DNA of 64,000 bases from Candidatus Sericytochromatia bacterium (GCA_036676985.1 JAKFBU010000023.1:1-64000), one strand, 5' to 3'. Shown: positions 28,584 to 38,096, numbered from the stretch's first letter. Notes: generated from the sequence alone by a model not told the origin. Made by a program: numbers and translations.

Positions 28584-29342
28584 CTAGGCCGGAACCATGC
28601 TCTGCCAGGCGCCCAGCTTGGTCTTCACGACGGTCCTGATCTCCTCATCGGCGCCGAGCAGGGCCATTGTGCTTCGCACCTGCGCGAAGACGTCGCGCCC
28701 GATCACGACTCCGTAGTGCTCGTCCTTGTCGCTCTGGCCATAGCGGGCGATCACCCGCGCGACCCTGGGGAACTGGCGCTCGGGATCCTCGGCGATCATC
28801 CGGGCGATCACATCGTTGTAGTATGCGGCGTGGAAGAACTCGTCCGCGGCGATGAGCGCGAACAGCTTGGCCCCCACGGGCTCGCCCACGTACTTGCCCG
28901 CGATGCGGTACCAGACGGCCGTCTCGATCTCGCTGATCCAGGCGAGGACGAGCTCCTCCAGGAGGTCCGCCTCCGACCACTGCGAGTCCTTGAGGTCAGC
29001 GCTGTTCTGGTAGCCGTGCTGGATGGCAACGATCTCGGACTCCTCGATGGGTAAGCCCACCGCCTCCGAGTAGCGCAGCATGGCGTAGTGGTGCTTGTTC
29101 TCCTCGTAGAGGTTCATGACCTTCCACCCGATCAGCCACGGCAGGCCCCGATGGGCCTGGAAGAACCGCGCGCAGTTCTGGTACGAGAAGCTCTCGACCA
29201 ACGACGCGATCTTGATGGGCTGCACGAGGTCGCGGTTGGCGAGTGCTGGGTCGATCTCGGACCACGCGACGTCCTGCTCGAGGTTCCAGCGGCGCTCCTC
29301 TCCGAGGGCATGGTACTTCTGGTAAAGGTCGTAGTACTGCAT
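28584..29342 (-). CDS. Ferritin-like diiron protein (acyl-ACP desaturase-like)
   Basis: RWNLEQDVAW N-terminus. E...EENKH and E...DEFFH diiron ligand pairs. Confidence 0.75.
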   Translation of the reverse strand: MQYYDLYQKYHALGEERRWNLEQDVAWSEIDPALANRDLVQPIKIASLVESFSYQNCARFFQAHRGLPWLIGWKVMNLYEENKHHYAMLRYSEAVGLPIEESEIVAIQHGYQNSADLKDSQWSEADLLEELVLAWISEIETAVWYRIAGKYVGEPVGAKLFALIAADEFFHAAYYNDVIARMIAEDPERQFPRVARVIARYGQSDKDEHYGVVIGRDVFAQVRSTMALLGADEEIRTVVKTKLGAWQSMVPA

Positions 29343-29354
29343 GACACCGCCTCC

Positions 29355-32075
29355 CTAGGCCGACGGCTCGGAGTCTAGCCGTACGGTGCCCGCCCGGCCG
29401 TCCATCTCCACCCACTGGCCGTCCTGTACCCGCCGAATCAGGTTCTTGACCCCGATGATCGTCGGCAGTCCCATCTCCCGGGCGACCACCGCCGCATGTG
29501 ACAGCAGGCTGCCCCGCTCGATCAACAGCCCGCTCGCCGAGGGATAGAGGGGCACCCAGCCCGGATCCGTCCGCTCGGTCACGAGGATCTCGCCGTTGAG
29601 GCGCATGTCGTCGTCCGGCTTGAGGATGACCCTGACCTTCGCCGCCACCTGGCCCGGGCAGCAGCTGATGCCCTGCAGCACCGGGCCGTCGTCGTCCGAG
29701 GGCGCATTGCGCCTGGGATCGTAGAGCTGATCGCCGTAGTAGACCGCACCCGTCGTGACCAGGCGATCGTCGACCGGCAGCTCCTCGTAGCGGGCAAACT
29801 CCGCCCGGCGCATGGTCGCGAGCGCCTTGAGGTCGGTGCAGGTCGACCGCCCCTCGACGAAGGAAAAGAGGTCGTAGAAGTCCAGGTAGAAGACGTCGTC
29901 CACCTGATCGATCAGGCCCAGGGCATGCAGTTGAACGCCCATGCCCTGGAAGATCTCGCGCACGAGGCCAAAGGCCTTGGTGCGGGCCATTCGCAGGTTC
30001 TCGCGGTTGCGCACCCCCTTGCGGGCATTCTTGAGGACCCAGCCGTAAACCAGGCGCCGGACCGGTCGGCCGGCAAGCCTCTCGCCGGCCTTGCGCTCGG
30101 CCTCCTCGCGCACCTTCCGCTCCTTGGCCTCCATGTCGCCGAGATCCAGGGACGCGAGCGCCAGGTAGTTCTTGATCATCGAGAAGACGAAGCTCGGGTC
30201 CTCTTGAAGATTTTTGACCTCGAGCTTCAGCTCGCCCATGCAGCGGTAACCGAACCGGTGGAGGTAGTCCTGGAGCTGGGCCCGGAAGTCAGCGAAGCGC
30301 TCTTCGTCCAGCGCCCTGGTGATCTCGGCCTCGGGCATCCGGAGGAAGAGCTCCTTGAGAGCCTCGTCCGAGCGCACGGCGATCGCCAGCCGGATGATGG
30401 CCTTCGCGGGCTCGGTGCTCTCGAGGCCGCCCTCGCCGCACAGGAGGTCGTTCTGCAGGGACCCCGTCTCGTCCACGTTCCACATCGCCGTGAGCTTCTT
30501 GAGCAGGCCGTAGAAGACCATGGCGTAGAAGTCGTTGGTCATGGGGGCGCGCCACTGCCACAGGAGCTGGTTCTCGATGGCGCGGTAGGCGTCCAGGATG
30601 GCGTCCGGGTCCATGGCCGCGTAGTCCCGACCGCGATACTCCTCGAAGACCCGGTTGAAGTGGCGGGTGAAGCGCTCCACGTCGTTGTCCCAGTCCAGGA
30701 AATTGCCCCAGATCTTGGAGACCAGGCGCGCAATCTTCGGGCCGCCCACGAAGAGGCGTTCGAACAGGGTGAAGGACCGTTTGTCGTAGTCCTTCTGCTC
30801 CTGGACCCCGATCATCGTGTCGAAGAAGTCCTTCATGTACTCGTAAGCGGGCAGGAAGGTGATGATCTGGTAGTAGTTGTCCAGGTTGTAGAAGATGCGG
30901 CCGTTCAGGAGCCCGAGCAGGTTGGCGAAGACCGCGTTGTGCTCGCGCAGCACCTGGTGCGGGATGCCGAAGGCGTCGAACAGGACCTGGTAGGCCACCT
31001 CGTACATCCGGTTCACGAACGAGAAGGTCAGGGGCGTGGTGACGCCGTAGTAGCTCTCGGCGATGTTCGAGTTGTCCCACAGCCGGCGCTTGCCCCGGGG
31101 CCTGGGCTTGAGGCTCGTGATGGGGCGCGCCTGAAGCAGGTAGATCGCGCCGTCGCGCAGCGTCCACTCGATGTCCTGCGGGGCACCGAACTTGTCGGCG
31201 ATGCGATCGCCCAGCGCCACGAGCTCCTTGATCTGCGCCTCGGTCAACGATGGCAAGGCCTGATGCTCCTCGGGGACGGAGGACTTGATCGTCCCGTGGC
31301 CTCGGACCTCGTCCAGCACGATCCGCTCGCGCTTGGTGGCAACCTCGGCCTCCACCCGACCCCTCGGCTTGTCCACGATCCAGTTGTCGGCGTCCAGCTC
31401 GCCGGAGACCAGGCCCTCGCCCAAGCCGTAGGTCGCCGAAAGCACGGCCTCGTCCCACTTGCTCGAGATGGGGTTGGCCGTGAAGAGGACGCCCGAGACG
31501 TCGCCGAAGACCATCTCCTGGAGGACCACCGCGATGCGGATGTCCTCGAGGCCGATGCCGTTTTGTAGGCGGTAGCTGAGCGCTCGCTCGGAGAAGGCCG
31601 AGGCCCAGCAGCCCCGGATGGCCTCGAGCAGGGCCTCCTCACCCTTGACGAAGAGGAAGGTATCCATCTGACCAGCAAAGGACTGGGTGGCCGAGTCCTC
31701 GCCGACGGCACTCGAGCGCACGGCCACGAGGCCGCCCTTGAACTGGCGTTCGTAGGCCTCGAGGAGCTCCGCGCGCACGGATGAGGAGAAGGGGACCTGG
31801 CGGATGCGATCGCCGATGATGAGGCTCGTCTGGCGGACGTGGGCGGGGTTGGCGGGATCGAGTCGGGACAGGTGATCCCGGACCTCATCGAGGACTCCGG
31901 CGGCCTCCAAGGTCGAGAGGAATACCCCCGTCGGAATCACCGACCATTCGGGGACCGCGAAGCCGAACTGCATCAAGCGCGCGAGGTTCGCGGCCTTGCC
32001 TCCGAGGGCGGCGGGATCCGCGTCTTCCGCGGCTCGCGCCGAGAGGAGGGTAGCCGAGACGGTCGTTACGGTCAT
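29355..32075 (-). CDS. PEP-utilising dikinase-type enzyme (Rph / PigC / PPS-like architecture)
   Basis: LGGKAANL, VAVRSSAVGEDS..SFAGQ and QDIEW...LQARPIT ATP-grasp. Central substrate domain. C-terminal swivel domain TDPGW...GSLLSHAAVVAREMG. Confidence 0.9.
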   Translation of the reverse strand: MTVTTVSATLLSARAAEDADPAALGGKAANLARLMQFGFAVPEWSVIPTGVFLSTLEAAGVLDEVRDHLSRLDPANPAHVRQTSLIIGDRIRQVPFSSSVRAELLEAYERQFKGGLVAVRSSAVGEDSATQSFAGQMDTFLFVKGEEALLEAIRGCWASAFSERALSYRLQNGIGLEDIRIAVVLQEMVFGDVSGVLFTANPISSKWDEAVLSATYGLGEGLVSGELDADNWIVDKPRGRVEAEVATKRERIVLDEVRGHGTIKSSVPEEHQALPSLTEAQIKELVALGDRIADKFGAPQDIEWTLRDGAIYLLQARPITSLKPRPRGKRRLWDNSNIAESYYGVTTPLTFSFVNRMYEVAYQVLFDAFGIPHQVLREHNAVFANLLGLLNGRIFYNLDNYYQIITFLPAYEYMKDFFDTMIGVQEQKDYDKRSFTLFERLFVGGPKIARLVSKIWGNFLDWDNDVERFTRHFNRVFEEYRGRDYAAMDPDAILDAYRAIENQLLWQWRAPMTNDFYAMVFYGLLKKLTAMWNVDETGSLQNDLLCGEGGLESTEPAKAIIRLAIAVRSDEALKELFLRMPEAEITRALDEERFADFRAQLQDYLHRFGYRCMGELKLEVKNLQEDPSFVFSMIKNYLALASLDLGDMEAKERKVREEAERKAGERLAGRPVRRLVYGWVLKNARKGVRNRENLRMARTKAFGLVREIFQGMGVQLHALGLIDQVDDVFYLDFYDLFSFVEGRSTCTDLKALATMRRAEFARYEELPVDDRLVTTGAVYYGDQLYDPRRNAPSDDDGPVLQGISCCPGQVAAKVRVILKPDDDMRLNGEILVTERTDPGWVPLYPSASGLLIERGSLLSHAAVVAREMGLPTIIGVKNLIRRVQDGQWVEMDGRAGTVRLDSEPSA

Positions 32076-32238
32076 GGAGTCCTCTGCAAAGCCGGGAAGC
32101 GAGAATCGTTAGAGTTCTTTTACCCTCCGGCCGAACGTAATTTCATGTCGTCCTCGGCAAGGCAAATATGGCGCTCGCCTGCAAGGGTATACGGGTTGGT
32201 AGCGCTCGAAGACCCGACGCCGGACCAGGAAGGACCCC

Positions 32239-33498
32239 ATGAGCATTCCGGAATCCGATTTGATCCGCCTCTTGGGCGCACTGCTCGCGCTCTTGATCTC
32301 TTCCCAGGTGCTCGGGGGGCTCTTCCAGCGCCTGCGCCAGCCGCGGGTCATCGGGGAGATCTTGGGGGGCCTGTTGTTCGGGCCGACCGTGCTCGGGACC
32401 CTGCTTCCTCAGGCCTACGACGCCATGTTCGGCTCGGGCCTCGCCCAGAAGCCCGTGCTCGGTTTCGTCTTCTGGCTGGGACTGCTCCTCTTGATGTTTT
32501 GCTCGGGGCTCGAGACCCAGAACGTCGTGAACCGCTCGGAGTGGCGCACGACCCTCTGGCTGACGGGCGCCGGCACGTTCCTTCCCCTCTTGGCGGGCTT
32601 CTGGCTCGCGGGCGCCTTCGACTTCTCGCCCTTCTTCGGGCCCAAAGCCACGGCCCTCAGCTTCGGGCTCCTGCTTGCCAACGCCATCGCCGTGACCTCC
32701 ATCCCCGTCATCAGCAAGATCCTGTTCGACGTGGGCCTCACGGGCACACCGTTCGCCCGGGTGGTGCTCACCACCGCGATGATCGAGGACATGCTCCTCT
32801 GGGTGCTCCTGTCGGTCACGCTCGGGCTCGCCAACGCCGAGCATGCGAGCGCATGGGAGCTCGTCCGGGGCGTGGTGGTGACCATGTCCTACTTCGCCTT
32901 CTGCCAGGTACTGGGACACCGGATCTATGACGGCATCTCGCGGGCTCGGTGGAACCCCTTCAAGACCTCGGCCGACGGTATGCCGCTCCTCATGGTGTTT
33001 CTCCTGGCGGTGCTGCTCGCTTATCTGCTTGGCGTGAACCCCATCTTTGGGGCCTTTCTCGCCGGACGGGTGGTGGCGAATTCCGAGCGCATCGCGGACG
33101 CCACCAAGGAGCAGGTCAAGGGCTTCAGCTTCGCCTTCTTTATCCCCGTCTACTTCGCGAGCGTCGGCCTCAAGCTCGACCTGCGCCACGACTTCGACGT
33201 CCTCTTCTTCGCGGCCTTCGTGCTCGTCGCCTGCGCCATCAAGGCGAGCTCCATGTACCTGGGAGCCCGCCTGGCGGGCCAGGGGCACGCTCCGGGGCTG
33301 AACCTGGCCATCGCCATGAACGCGCGGGGCGGCCCGGGCATCGTGCTCGCGACCGTGGCCCTGGAGGCGGGGCTCGTGACGAACAGCTTCTACGCCGTCT
33401 TGATCCTGCTCTCGCTCGTCACGTCCCAGCTGGCGGGGTGGTGGCTGCAGCGGGTGATGCGGCGATCGCCCAAGGGTCTCGAGCTCTCGCCGCTCTGA
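32239..33498 (+). CDS. Cation:proton antiporter (CPA2/Kef-type)
   Basis: QPRVIGEILGGLLFGPTVLG, TSIPV..KIL, FFIPVYFASVG, MNARG. About 12 TM. Confidence 0.88.
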   Translation: MSIPESDLIRLLGALLALLISSQVLGGLFQRLRQPRVIGEILGGLLFGPTVLGTLLPQAYDAMFGSGLAQKPVLGFVFWLGLLLLMFCSGLETQNVVNRSEWRTTLWLTGAGTFLPLLAGFWLAGAFDFSPFFGPKATALSFGLLLANAIAVTSIPVISKILFDVGLTGTPFARVVLTTAMIEDMLLWVLLSVTLGLANAEHASAWELVRGVVVTMSYFAFCQVLGHRIYDGISRARWNPFKTSADGMPLLMVFLLAVLLAYLLGVNPIFGAFLAGRVVANSERIADATKEQVKGFSFAFFIPVYFASVGLKLDLRHDFDVLFFAAFVLVACAIKASSMYLGARLAGQGHAPGLNLAIAMNARGGPGIVLATVALEAGLVTNSFYAVLILLSLVTSQLAGWWLQRVMRRSPKGLELSPL

Positions 33499-33570
33499 CA
33501 TTCGGGCGAATGCTGGTTTTCGGGTCGACTTTGGGAATAAGAGGCGTGTAGCCACTCGAAGAGGAATCGC

Positions 33571-34479
33571 ATGGGGACCATCCGCGTCATCGTCAACCGG
33601 CATGCCCGCAACGGCGGCAAGAGCAGCATGCTCAAGCGCGTCGAGCGCGAGCTCAAAGACGTCGAGTATCAGCTCATCATCCCCGACACCTACGAGGACC
33701 TGGTGGCGAGCGCCAAGCAGGCCGTCGAGGACCAGGTGGAGAAGGTGATCGTGGTGGGCGGCGACGGCACCATCAACGCCGTCGTCAACCAGATCGCCAA
33801 CAGCCCGGTCGCCCTCGGCATCATCCCCGCCGGCACCGCCAACGACCTGGCCACCCACCTGGGCATCCCCAAGGACGTCCGCAAGGCCTGCGCCATCATT
33901 CGACGCGGCAGCGTGCGCGAGATGGACCTCGTCGAGATCAACGGCCGCTACTTCATCACCGCGGGCGGCATGGGCGTGGTGAGCGACACGGCCGTGGGCG
34001 TCAACAAGCTCAAGGCGACCGACGGCTTCGTCAGCAAGGCGACCCGCAAGCTCGGGAGCCTCGTTTACGTGCTCTACAGCTTCGGCTTGCTCGCAGGCTC
34101 CAAGAAGATCGTCAGCGACCTCGAGGTCTCGGTAGACGGCCAGCCGCAGGGCACCATCCCCTCCATCGCCCTTTTCGTCAACAACCAGCCCTCCATCGGC
34201 AAGACGGTCGTGCCCTATCCCGAGGCCAAGACGGACGACGGAGAGCTCGGCCTGTGCGTCATGCGCAAGCGCAGTCGTCTGGGGGCCATCCTCACCGTCA
34301 TCCTGATGAGCATGAAAGGGTCGCACACCCGCCGCAAGGAGATCAGCCTCCTGGCGGGCAAGCGCATCGAGATCAAGAGCCCGACCCGCAAGACGTTTAT
34401 CGGAGACGGCGAAGTGCTCGCCCACACGCGCAAGTTGACCCTCAACGTGGTCCCAAAGGCCCTGAGGGTGCTTTCCTAA
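33571..34479 (+). CDS. Diacylglycerol/sphingosine kinase family lipid kinase (YegS/DagK)
   Basis: VVGGDGT, GIIPAGTANDLA, DDG and GDGE motifs. Confidence 0.9.
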   Translation: MGTIRVIVNRHARNGGKSSMLKRVERELKDVEYQLIIPDTYEDLVASAKQAVEDQVEKVIVVGGDGTINAVVNQIANSPVALGIIPAGTANDLATHLGIPKDVRKACAIIRRGSVREMDLVEINGRYFITAGGMGVVSDTAVGVNKLKATDGFVSKATRKLGSLVYVLYSFGLLAGSKKIVSDLEVSVDGQPQGTIPSIALFVNNQPSIGKTVVPYPEAKTDDGELGLCVMRKRSRLGAILTVILMSMKGSHTRRKEISLLAGKRIEIKSPTRKTFIGDGEVLAHTRKLTLNVVPKALRVLS

Positions 34480-34601
34480 CGAAGTTTTGACCCGTCTAAA
34501 ACACGTGCTTATCAGCTTTGAGGCCATTCCCGGGTAAATATTCGGTGTGGAGGCGTTAATGCCGCCATAAGACTCCCGCCGAAAGGAGGCCTTGGAATGT
34601 C

Positions 34602-34784
34602 ATGAGCGTCACCGAGCACAGGACCCTGATCCGGCTGATCCTGGCGGCCTACGACCCCGGGGGCGAGCTGGAACCGCGCGAGAAGAGCTTCATGGTGAAG
34701 CAGGTGGTCCACTCACTCGCGCAAGAGGGCACGATCACCAAGGAAACGGCGGACCACATCCACCACGAGCTCACGGCTCGCTAG
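34602..34784 (+). CDS. Small hypothetical protein (60 aa)
   Basis: AAGGAGG RBS upstream, host-like codon usage, fills the intergenic gap. Confidence 0.55.
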   Translation: MSVTEHRTLIRLILAAYDPGGELEPREKSFMVKQVVHSLAQEGTITKETADHIHHELTAR

Positions 34785-34867
34785 CTGGTAATCTTCCACA
34801 CGAGGGGCGCCCGGGGGGCGGCCCCTCGACCGTTTTCAAGGCATAATGGGAGCCAGGAGGCTCCCCT

Positions 34868-35626
34868 ATGGCCACGCTGCTCGCCGAGACCCGCGTCATC
34901 CTCATCCACCCCACCCTGCCGGAGAACGTCGGCGCGGTTGCCCGGGCCATGCGCCACTTCGGGCTGCGCGACCTGGTGATTGCCGAGGGAGGCGTGGATC
35001 CCGAGCACCCGCACGCCGTGCGCGTGGCCGCGGGCGCCGAGGAGATCCTCCAGGAGGCGCGCCGGGTCGAGACGTTCGAGGAGGCCCTGGAGGACGTGGT
35101 GTTCGCGGTCGCCACCACCGCACGGCCCTATGACGCGGTCGACATGCGTGCGCGCGAGCCGCGCGAGGTAGCCTTGCTCGCCCGCGACTACGCCCAGGCG
35201 GGCCCCGTCGCCCTGGTCTTCGGGACGGAGAAGCACGGTCTGCCGAACGAGTACCTGCGGCGCTGCCACCAGATCGCGCGCATCCCGGGCGAGGAGGGCA
35301 CCTGCCTCAACCTGGCCATGGCCGTCAACATCTTCGCGTACGAGTGGTACCAGGCCGCAGAGTGCGGCCATGCGCACGAGGACGTGCCGCTCCTGGCCGC
35401 AGCCGCCAAGGAGACGGACCTCGGCGATCTAGGCAGGCGCCTGGCCGACGCGCTCAGTCGCGTGGGGGTGTTTCGTCAGCAGGACGCCGAGAGCAAGGCG
35501 CACACGCTCCGGCGCATCCTCAGCCAGGCCAGGCTGGATGCAAACGAGGCCGCCCTCGTACAGGCCATCGTCCGGAAACTGCCTGGGCTTCTAGGAGAGG
35601 GATCGAACAACAACCGTTCATACTGA
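34868..35626 (+). CDS. trmJ: tRNA/rRNA 2'-O-methyltransferase, TrmJ/TrmH SPOUT family
   Basis: PENVGAVARAM..FG, ATTAR, LVFGTEKHGL, LNLAMAV..FAYE. Confidence 0.85.
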   Translation: MATLLAETRVILIHPTLPENVGAVARAMRHFGLRDLVIAEGGVDPEHPHAVRVAAGAEEILQEARRVETFEEALEDVVFAVATTARPYDAVDMRAREPREVALLARDYAQAGPVALVFGTEKHGLPNEYLRRCHQIARIPGEEGTCLNLAMAVNIFAYEWYQAAECGHAHEDVPLLAAAAKETDLGDLGRRLADALSRVGVFRQQDAESKAHTLRRILSQARLDANEAALVQAIVRKLPGLLGEGSNNNRSY

Positions 35627-35670
35627 GGTCGTTGGATCGGGCACACCCACAACAACCGTTCACACTGAGG
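35607..35670. repeat. Two 22-bp direct repeats (21/22 identical) with a 20-bp spacer
   Basis: ACAACAACCGTTCATACTGAGG at 35607-35628 and ACAACAACCGTTCACACTGAGG at 35649-35670. Confidence 0.85.
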
Positions 35671-35695
35671 CCCTCGAAGTGCGAACGACTCCTTG

Positions 35696-36442
35696 TTACG
35701 CTACCGAGCTCTTGACGCCCAAGTGGTTCAGGAGCTCGCTCAAGGCCACGCGCACGCGGCGCGAGACCTGGGTCTGCGAGATGCCGAGCAGCCGGCCGAT
35801 CTCCTGCTGGGACAGATCCTGGAAGAAGAAGAAGTCGATCACCTCGCGCGAGGTGACCTTGAGCTTGGCGATCGCCTGCGAGAGCATGATCCGGTCTTCG
35901 GTCTGGTTCTGGAACGCGCCGTACTTGTGGTCCGTCAGCTGCAGGCGGATGGGGGCGCTGTCCTCATCCGTATCGTACTCGGCGTCGAGCGAGAGGGGCT
36001 TGGTGGTCCGCTCCATGGCGATGATCTCGGAGACCTTGAGGGGGCAGAGCTGGGTCTCGACCGCGATTTCCTCGCACGACGGCTCCCGCTGCAGCTCCTG
36101 CTTCAGGCGAGCGGCCGCCGTCTTGACCCGCGATCGCAGCTCGACGAGCTCCCGCGGCGGGCGCACCAGAGGTACGCTGTCGCGCAGGTAGTGGAGGATT
36201 TCACCCGAGATGATCGTCGAGGCGTAGGCCTCGAAGGCGCAGCCCATGGTCGGGTCGAAGCGGCGCATGGCCCGCAAGAGGCCGACCGATCCGACCTGGA
36301 TCAGGTCGTCGAGCTCGACGCCCGAGCGCTGGTGGTAGCTGCGAGCGAGCCGACGCACCAGCGGCATGTAGCGCTCGACCAGTGCGGAGGTTGCCACCGT
36401 AGTCGGCGACTGGAGTTTGGGTAGTTCCGTCGTCTGGGGCAT
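35696..36442 (-). CDS. RNA polymerase sigma factor, SigB/SigF/SigG family
   Basis: DDLIQVGSVGLLRAMRRFDP..G.AFEAYA..II.GEILHYLRD and DLSQQEIGRLLGISQTQVSR. ATG 36442 after AAGGAG. Confidence 0.92.
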   Translation of the reverse strand: MPQTTELPKLQSPTTVATSALVERYMPLVRRLARSYHQRSGVELDDLIQVGSVGLLRAMRRFDPTMGCAFEAYASTIISGEILHYLRDSVPLVRPPRELVELRSRVKTAAARLKQELQREPSCEEIAVETQLCPLKVSEIIAMERTTKPLSLDAEYDTDEDSAPIRLQLTDHKYGAFQNQTEDRIMLSQAIAKLKVTSREVIDFFFFQDLSQQEIGRLLGISQTQVSRRVRVALSELLNHLGVKSSVA

Positions 36443-36815
36443 GGCGACACTCCTTTTCGGCAGGATCAACCAATTGCTTCGTTAATGTGAATCTTGAACC
36501 ATCTCGGTAACAGGAACGATAACGGCCACCACACCCGCCATGTGATCTTGATCAAATTTCGACCGGGCAGAAGCCCGATTTTGCTAAACGCCCCCCTGCT
36601 CCGGGGGGCGTCCCGGGACGAGTGATCGGTGTCGCCCACCGATCGATCGCCCCTCGAGAGGCATGGCAAGGGTGTTTGGAGGGGCGATCGGGCGACTTGC
36701 ATGGCCTGCGAACCGCCGCTAAGATCGGGCTCCCCCCGTTGCGATCGCAACGTGTTGCCGACTGATTGCGACCGCTCTCCTCACCTCGTCAGCAGGTGTT
36801 TGAAGGAGAGCATTC

Positions 36816-37991
36816 GTGAAGACCAAACAAGCCGCCATTCCCATGGGTCCGCTCCCCGAGCTGGCCCCTACCATGCCGATCCAGTTCCGGCACCTCAAGT
36901 CGCCGGTCTACGGCCACAGCCTCGAGGCCTACGCCCCCGGACAGATCTACTACCATCCGCGCGGCCTGACGATCTCGGCGGCCTTCGCGCAGGAGTTCGC
37001 GACCACCTACATGGACGCGAACCCCCTGTACCTCAACGACGAGTATGCTCGGGCCCACGGCTACGAGGGCATGCTCGTCTCGCCCCTCATGGTCCTCAAC
37101 CTCGCGCTCTCACTGGGCGTGCAGAACGACTCGGAACAGGCGATCGCCAACCTGGGCTACTACAACGTCCGCTATCCGCGCCCCGTCTACCCGGGCGACA
37201 CCATCCAGGCGGTCACCCGCATCGTGGACGTGCAGGACAAGCGGGACGGAAAACCCGGGATCGTCCACCTGCGGACCCTCGGCCTCAATCAGCGCCAGGA
37301 GATCGTCGTCCACTACGATCGCAAGATCATGGTGGCTCCGAAGGGCGAGAACACCGACAAGGCCCCTGCTCAGCCCTGGCCCTACCCCGAGCTCGACGAG
37401 GTCTCCCTCGAGCTGCCTCCGGTGCCCATGAGCTACCCCACGGACCTGACGGGCCGCAGCACCTACTTCGAGGACTTCGCGCCCGGCATGGTCATCGCCC
37501 ATGCCAACGGCCGGACCATCACCGACGAGCACCTGCCCTGGACCTATCGCCTGGGCAACACCCATCCGCTGCACTACGACCGCCTCTACAGCACCCGGCG
37601 ACAAGGCGCCATGAGCGGCGAGCCCATCGTCTACGGAGGGCTCGTCTTCGCGTGGCTCGCAGGGCTCGCGAGCCGGGACACGACGGAGAACGCGCTCCTG
37701 GACCTGGGCTACACGGAGGGCTATCACACGCAGCCTTCTTACTCGGGCGACACCATCTACGCCATCTCACGCGTGCTCGCGACCCAGGAGCTGCCGGACA
37801 TCGAGCATGCGGGCATGGTCACCTTCCAGCTCATCGGAGTGAAGGGCCTGACCGCACGCGAGGCCATCGACGCCTACGAGGCCGACCTCTTCAAGAAGGA
37901 AGTCGACAAGAAACGCCTCGGCAAGGAGAAGATCCCCGCCAAGATCTTCGAGATCGAGCGCCAGGTGCTCCTCAAGAAGCGCCCCCGCTAA
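36816..37991 (+). CDS. mch: Double-MaoC dehydratase, probable mesaconyl-CoA hydratase
   Basis: Two hot-dog domains (DANPLYLN...QNDSE...NLGY...PVYPGDT; YFEDF...NTHPLHYD...VYGG...SGDT). Adjacent to ecm. Confidence 0.7.
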   Translation: MKTKQAAIPMGPLPELAPTMPIQFRHLKSPVYGHSLEAYAPGQIYYHPRGLTISAAFAQEFATTYMDANPLYLNDEYARAHGYEGMLVSPLMVLNLALSLGVQNDSEQAIANLGYYNVRYPRPVYPGDTIQAVTRIVDVQDKRDGKPGIVHLRTLGLNQRQEIVVHYDRKIMVAPKGENTDKAPAQPWPYPELDEVSLELPPVPMSYPTDLTGRSTYFEDFAPGMVIAHANGRTITDEHLPWTYRLGNTHPLHYDRLYSTRRQGAMSGEPIVYGGLVFAWLAGLASRDTTENALLDLGYTEGYHTQPSYSGDTIYAISRVLATQELPDIEHAGMVTFQLIGVKGLTAREAIDAYEADLFKKEVDKKRLGKEKIPAKIFEIERQVLLKKRPR

Positions 37992-38035
37992 ACACGCTCG
38001 CACCGCAGCACCAGACGTCGCCCCCTTGCGTGTAC

Positions 38036-38068
38036 TTCCCCCCCTCTCGAGGGGGGGCCAGGGGGGGT
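38036..38068. repeat. REP-like poly-C/poly-G palindromic element
   Basis: TTCCCCCCCTCTCGAGGGGGGGCCAGGGGGGGT in the mch-ecm spacer. Confidence 0.5.
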
Positions 38069-38096
38069 CCTCCTTGTCTAGAGAAGGGAGTTCCCG

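Noticed and set aside
29355-32075. Rifampin phosphotransferase (resistance) or PEP synthase call
   Set aside because: Same architecture as Rph, but it heads a lipid operon and has a paralog in the same context. It lacks the C-terminal PEP-binding barrel of PpsA.
35607-35670. Possible mini-CRISPR array
   Set aside because: Only two repeats, a 20-nt spacer, no palindrome and no cas genes in the window.
36443-36815. Cobalamin riboswitch upstream of mch-ecm
   Set aside because: Hairpins are present (for example 36588-36611), but I could not find the B12-box or conserved core. An Infernal/Rfam scan would settle it.
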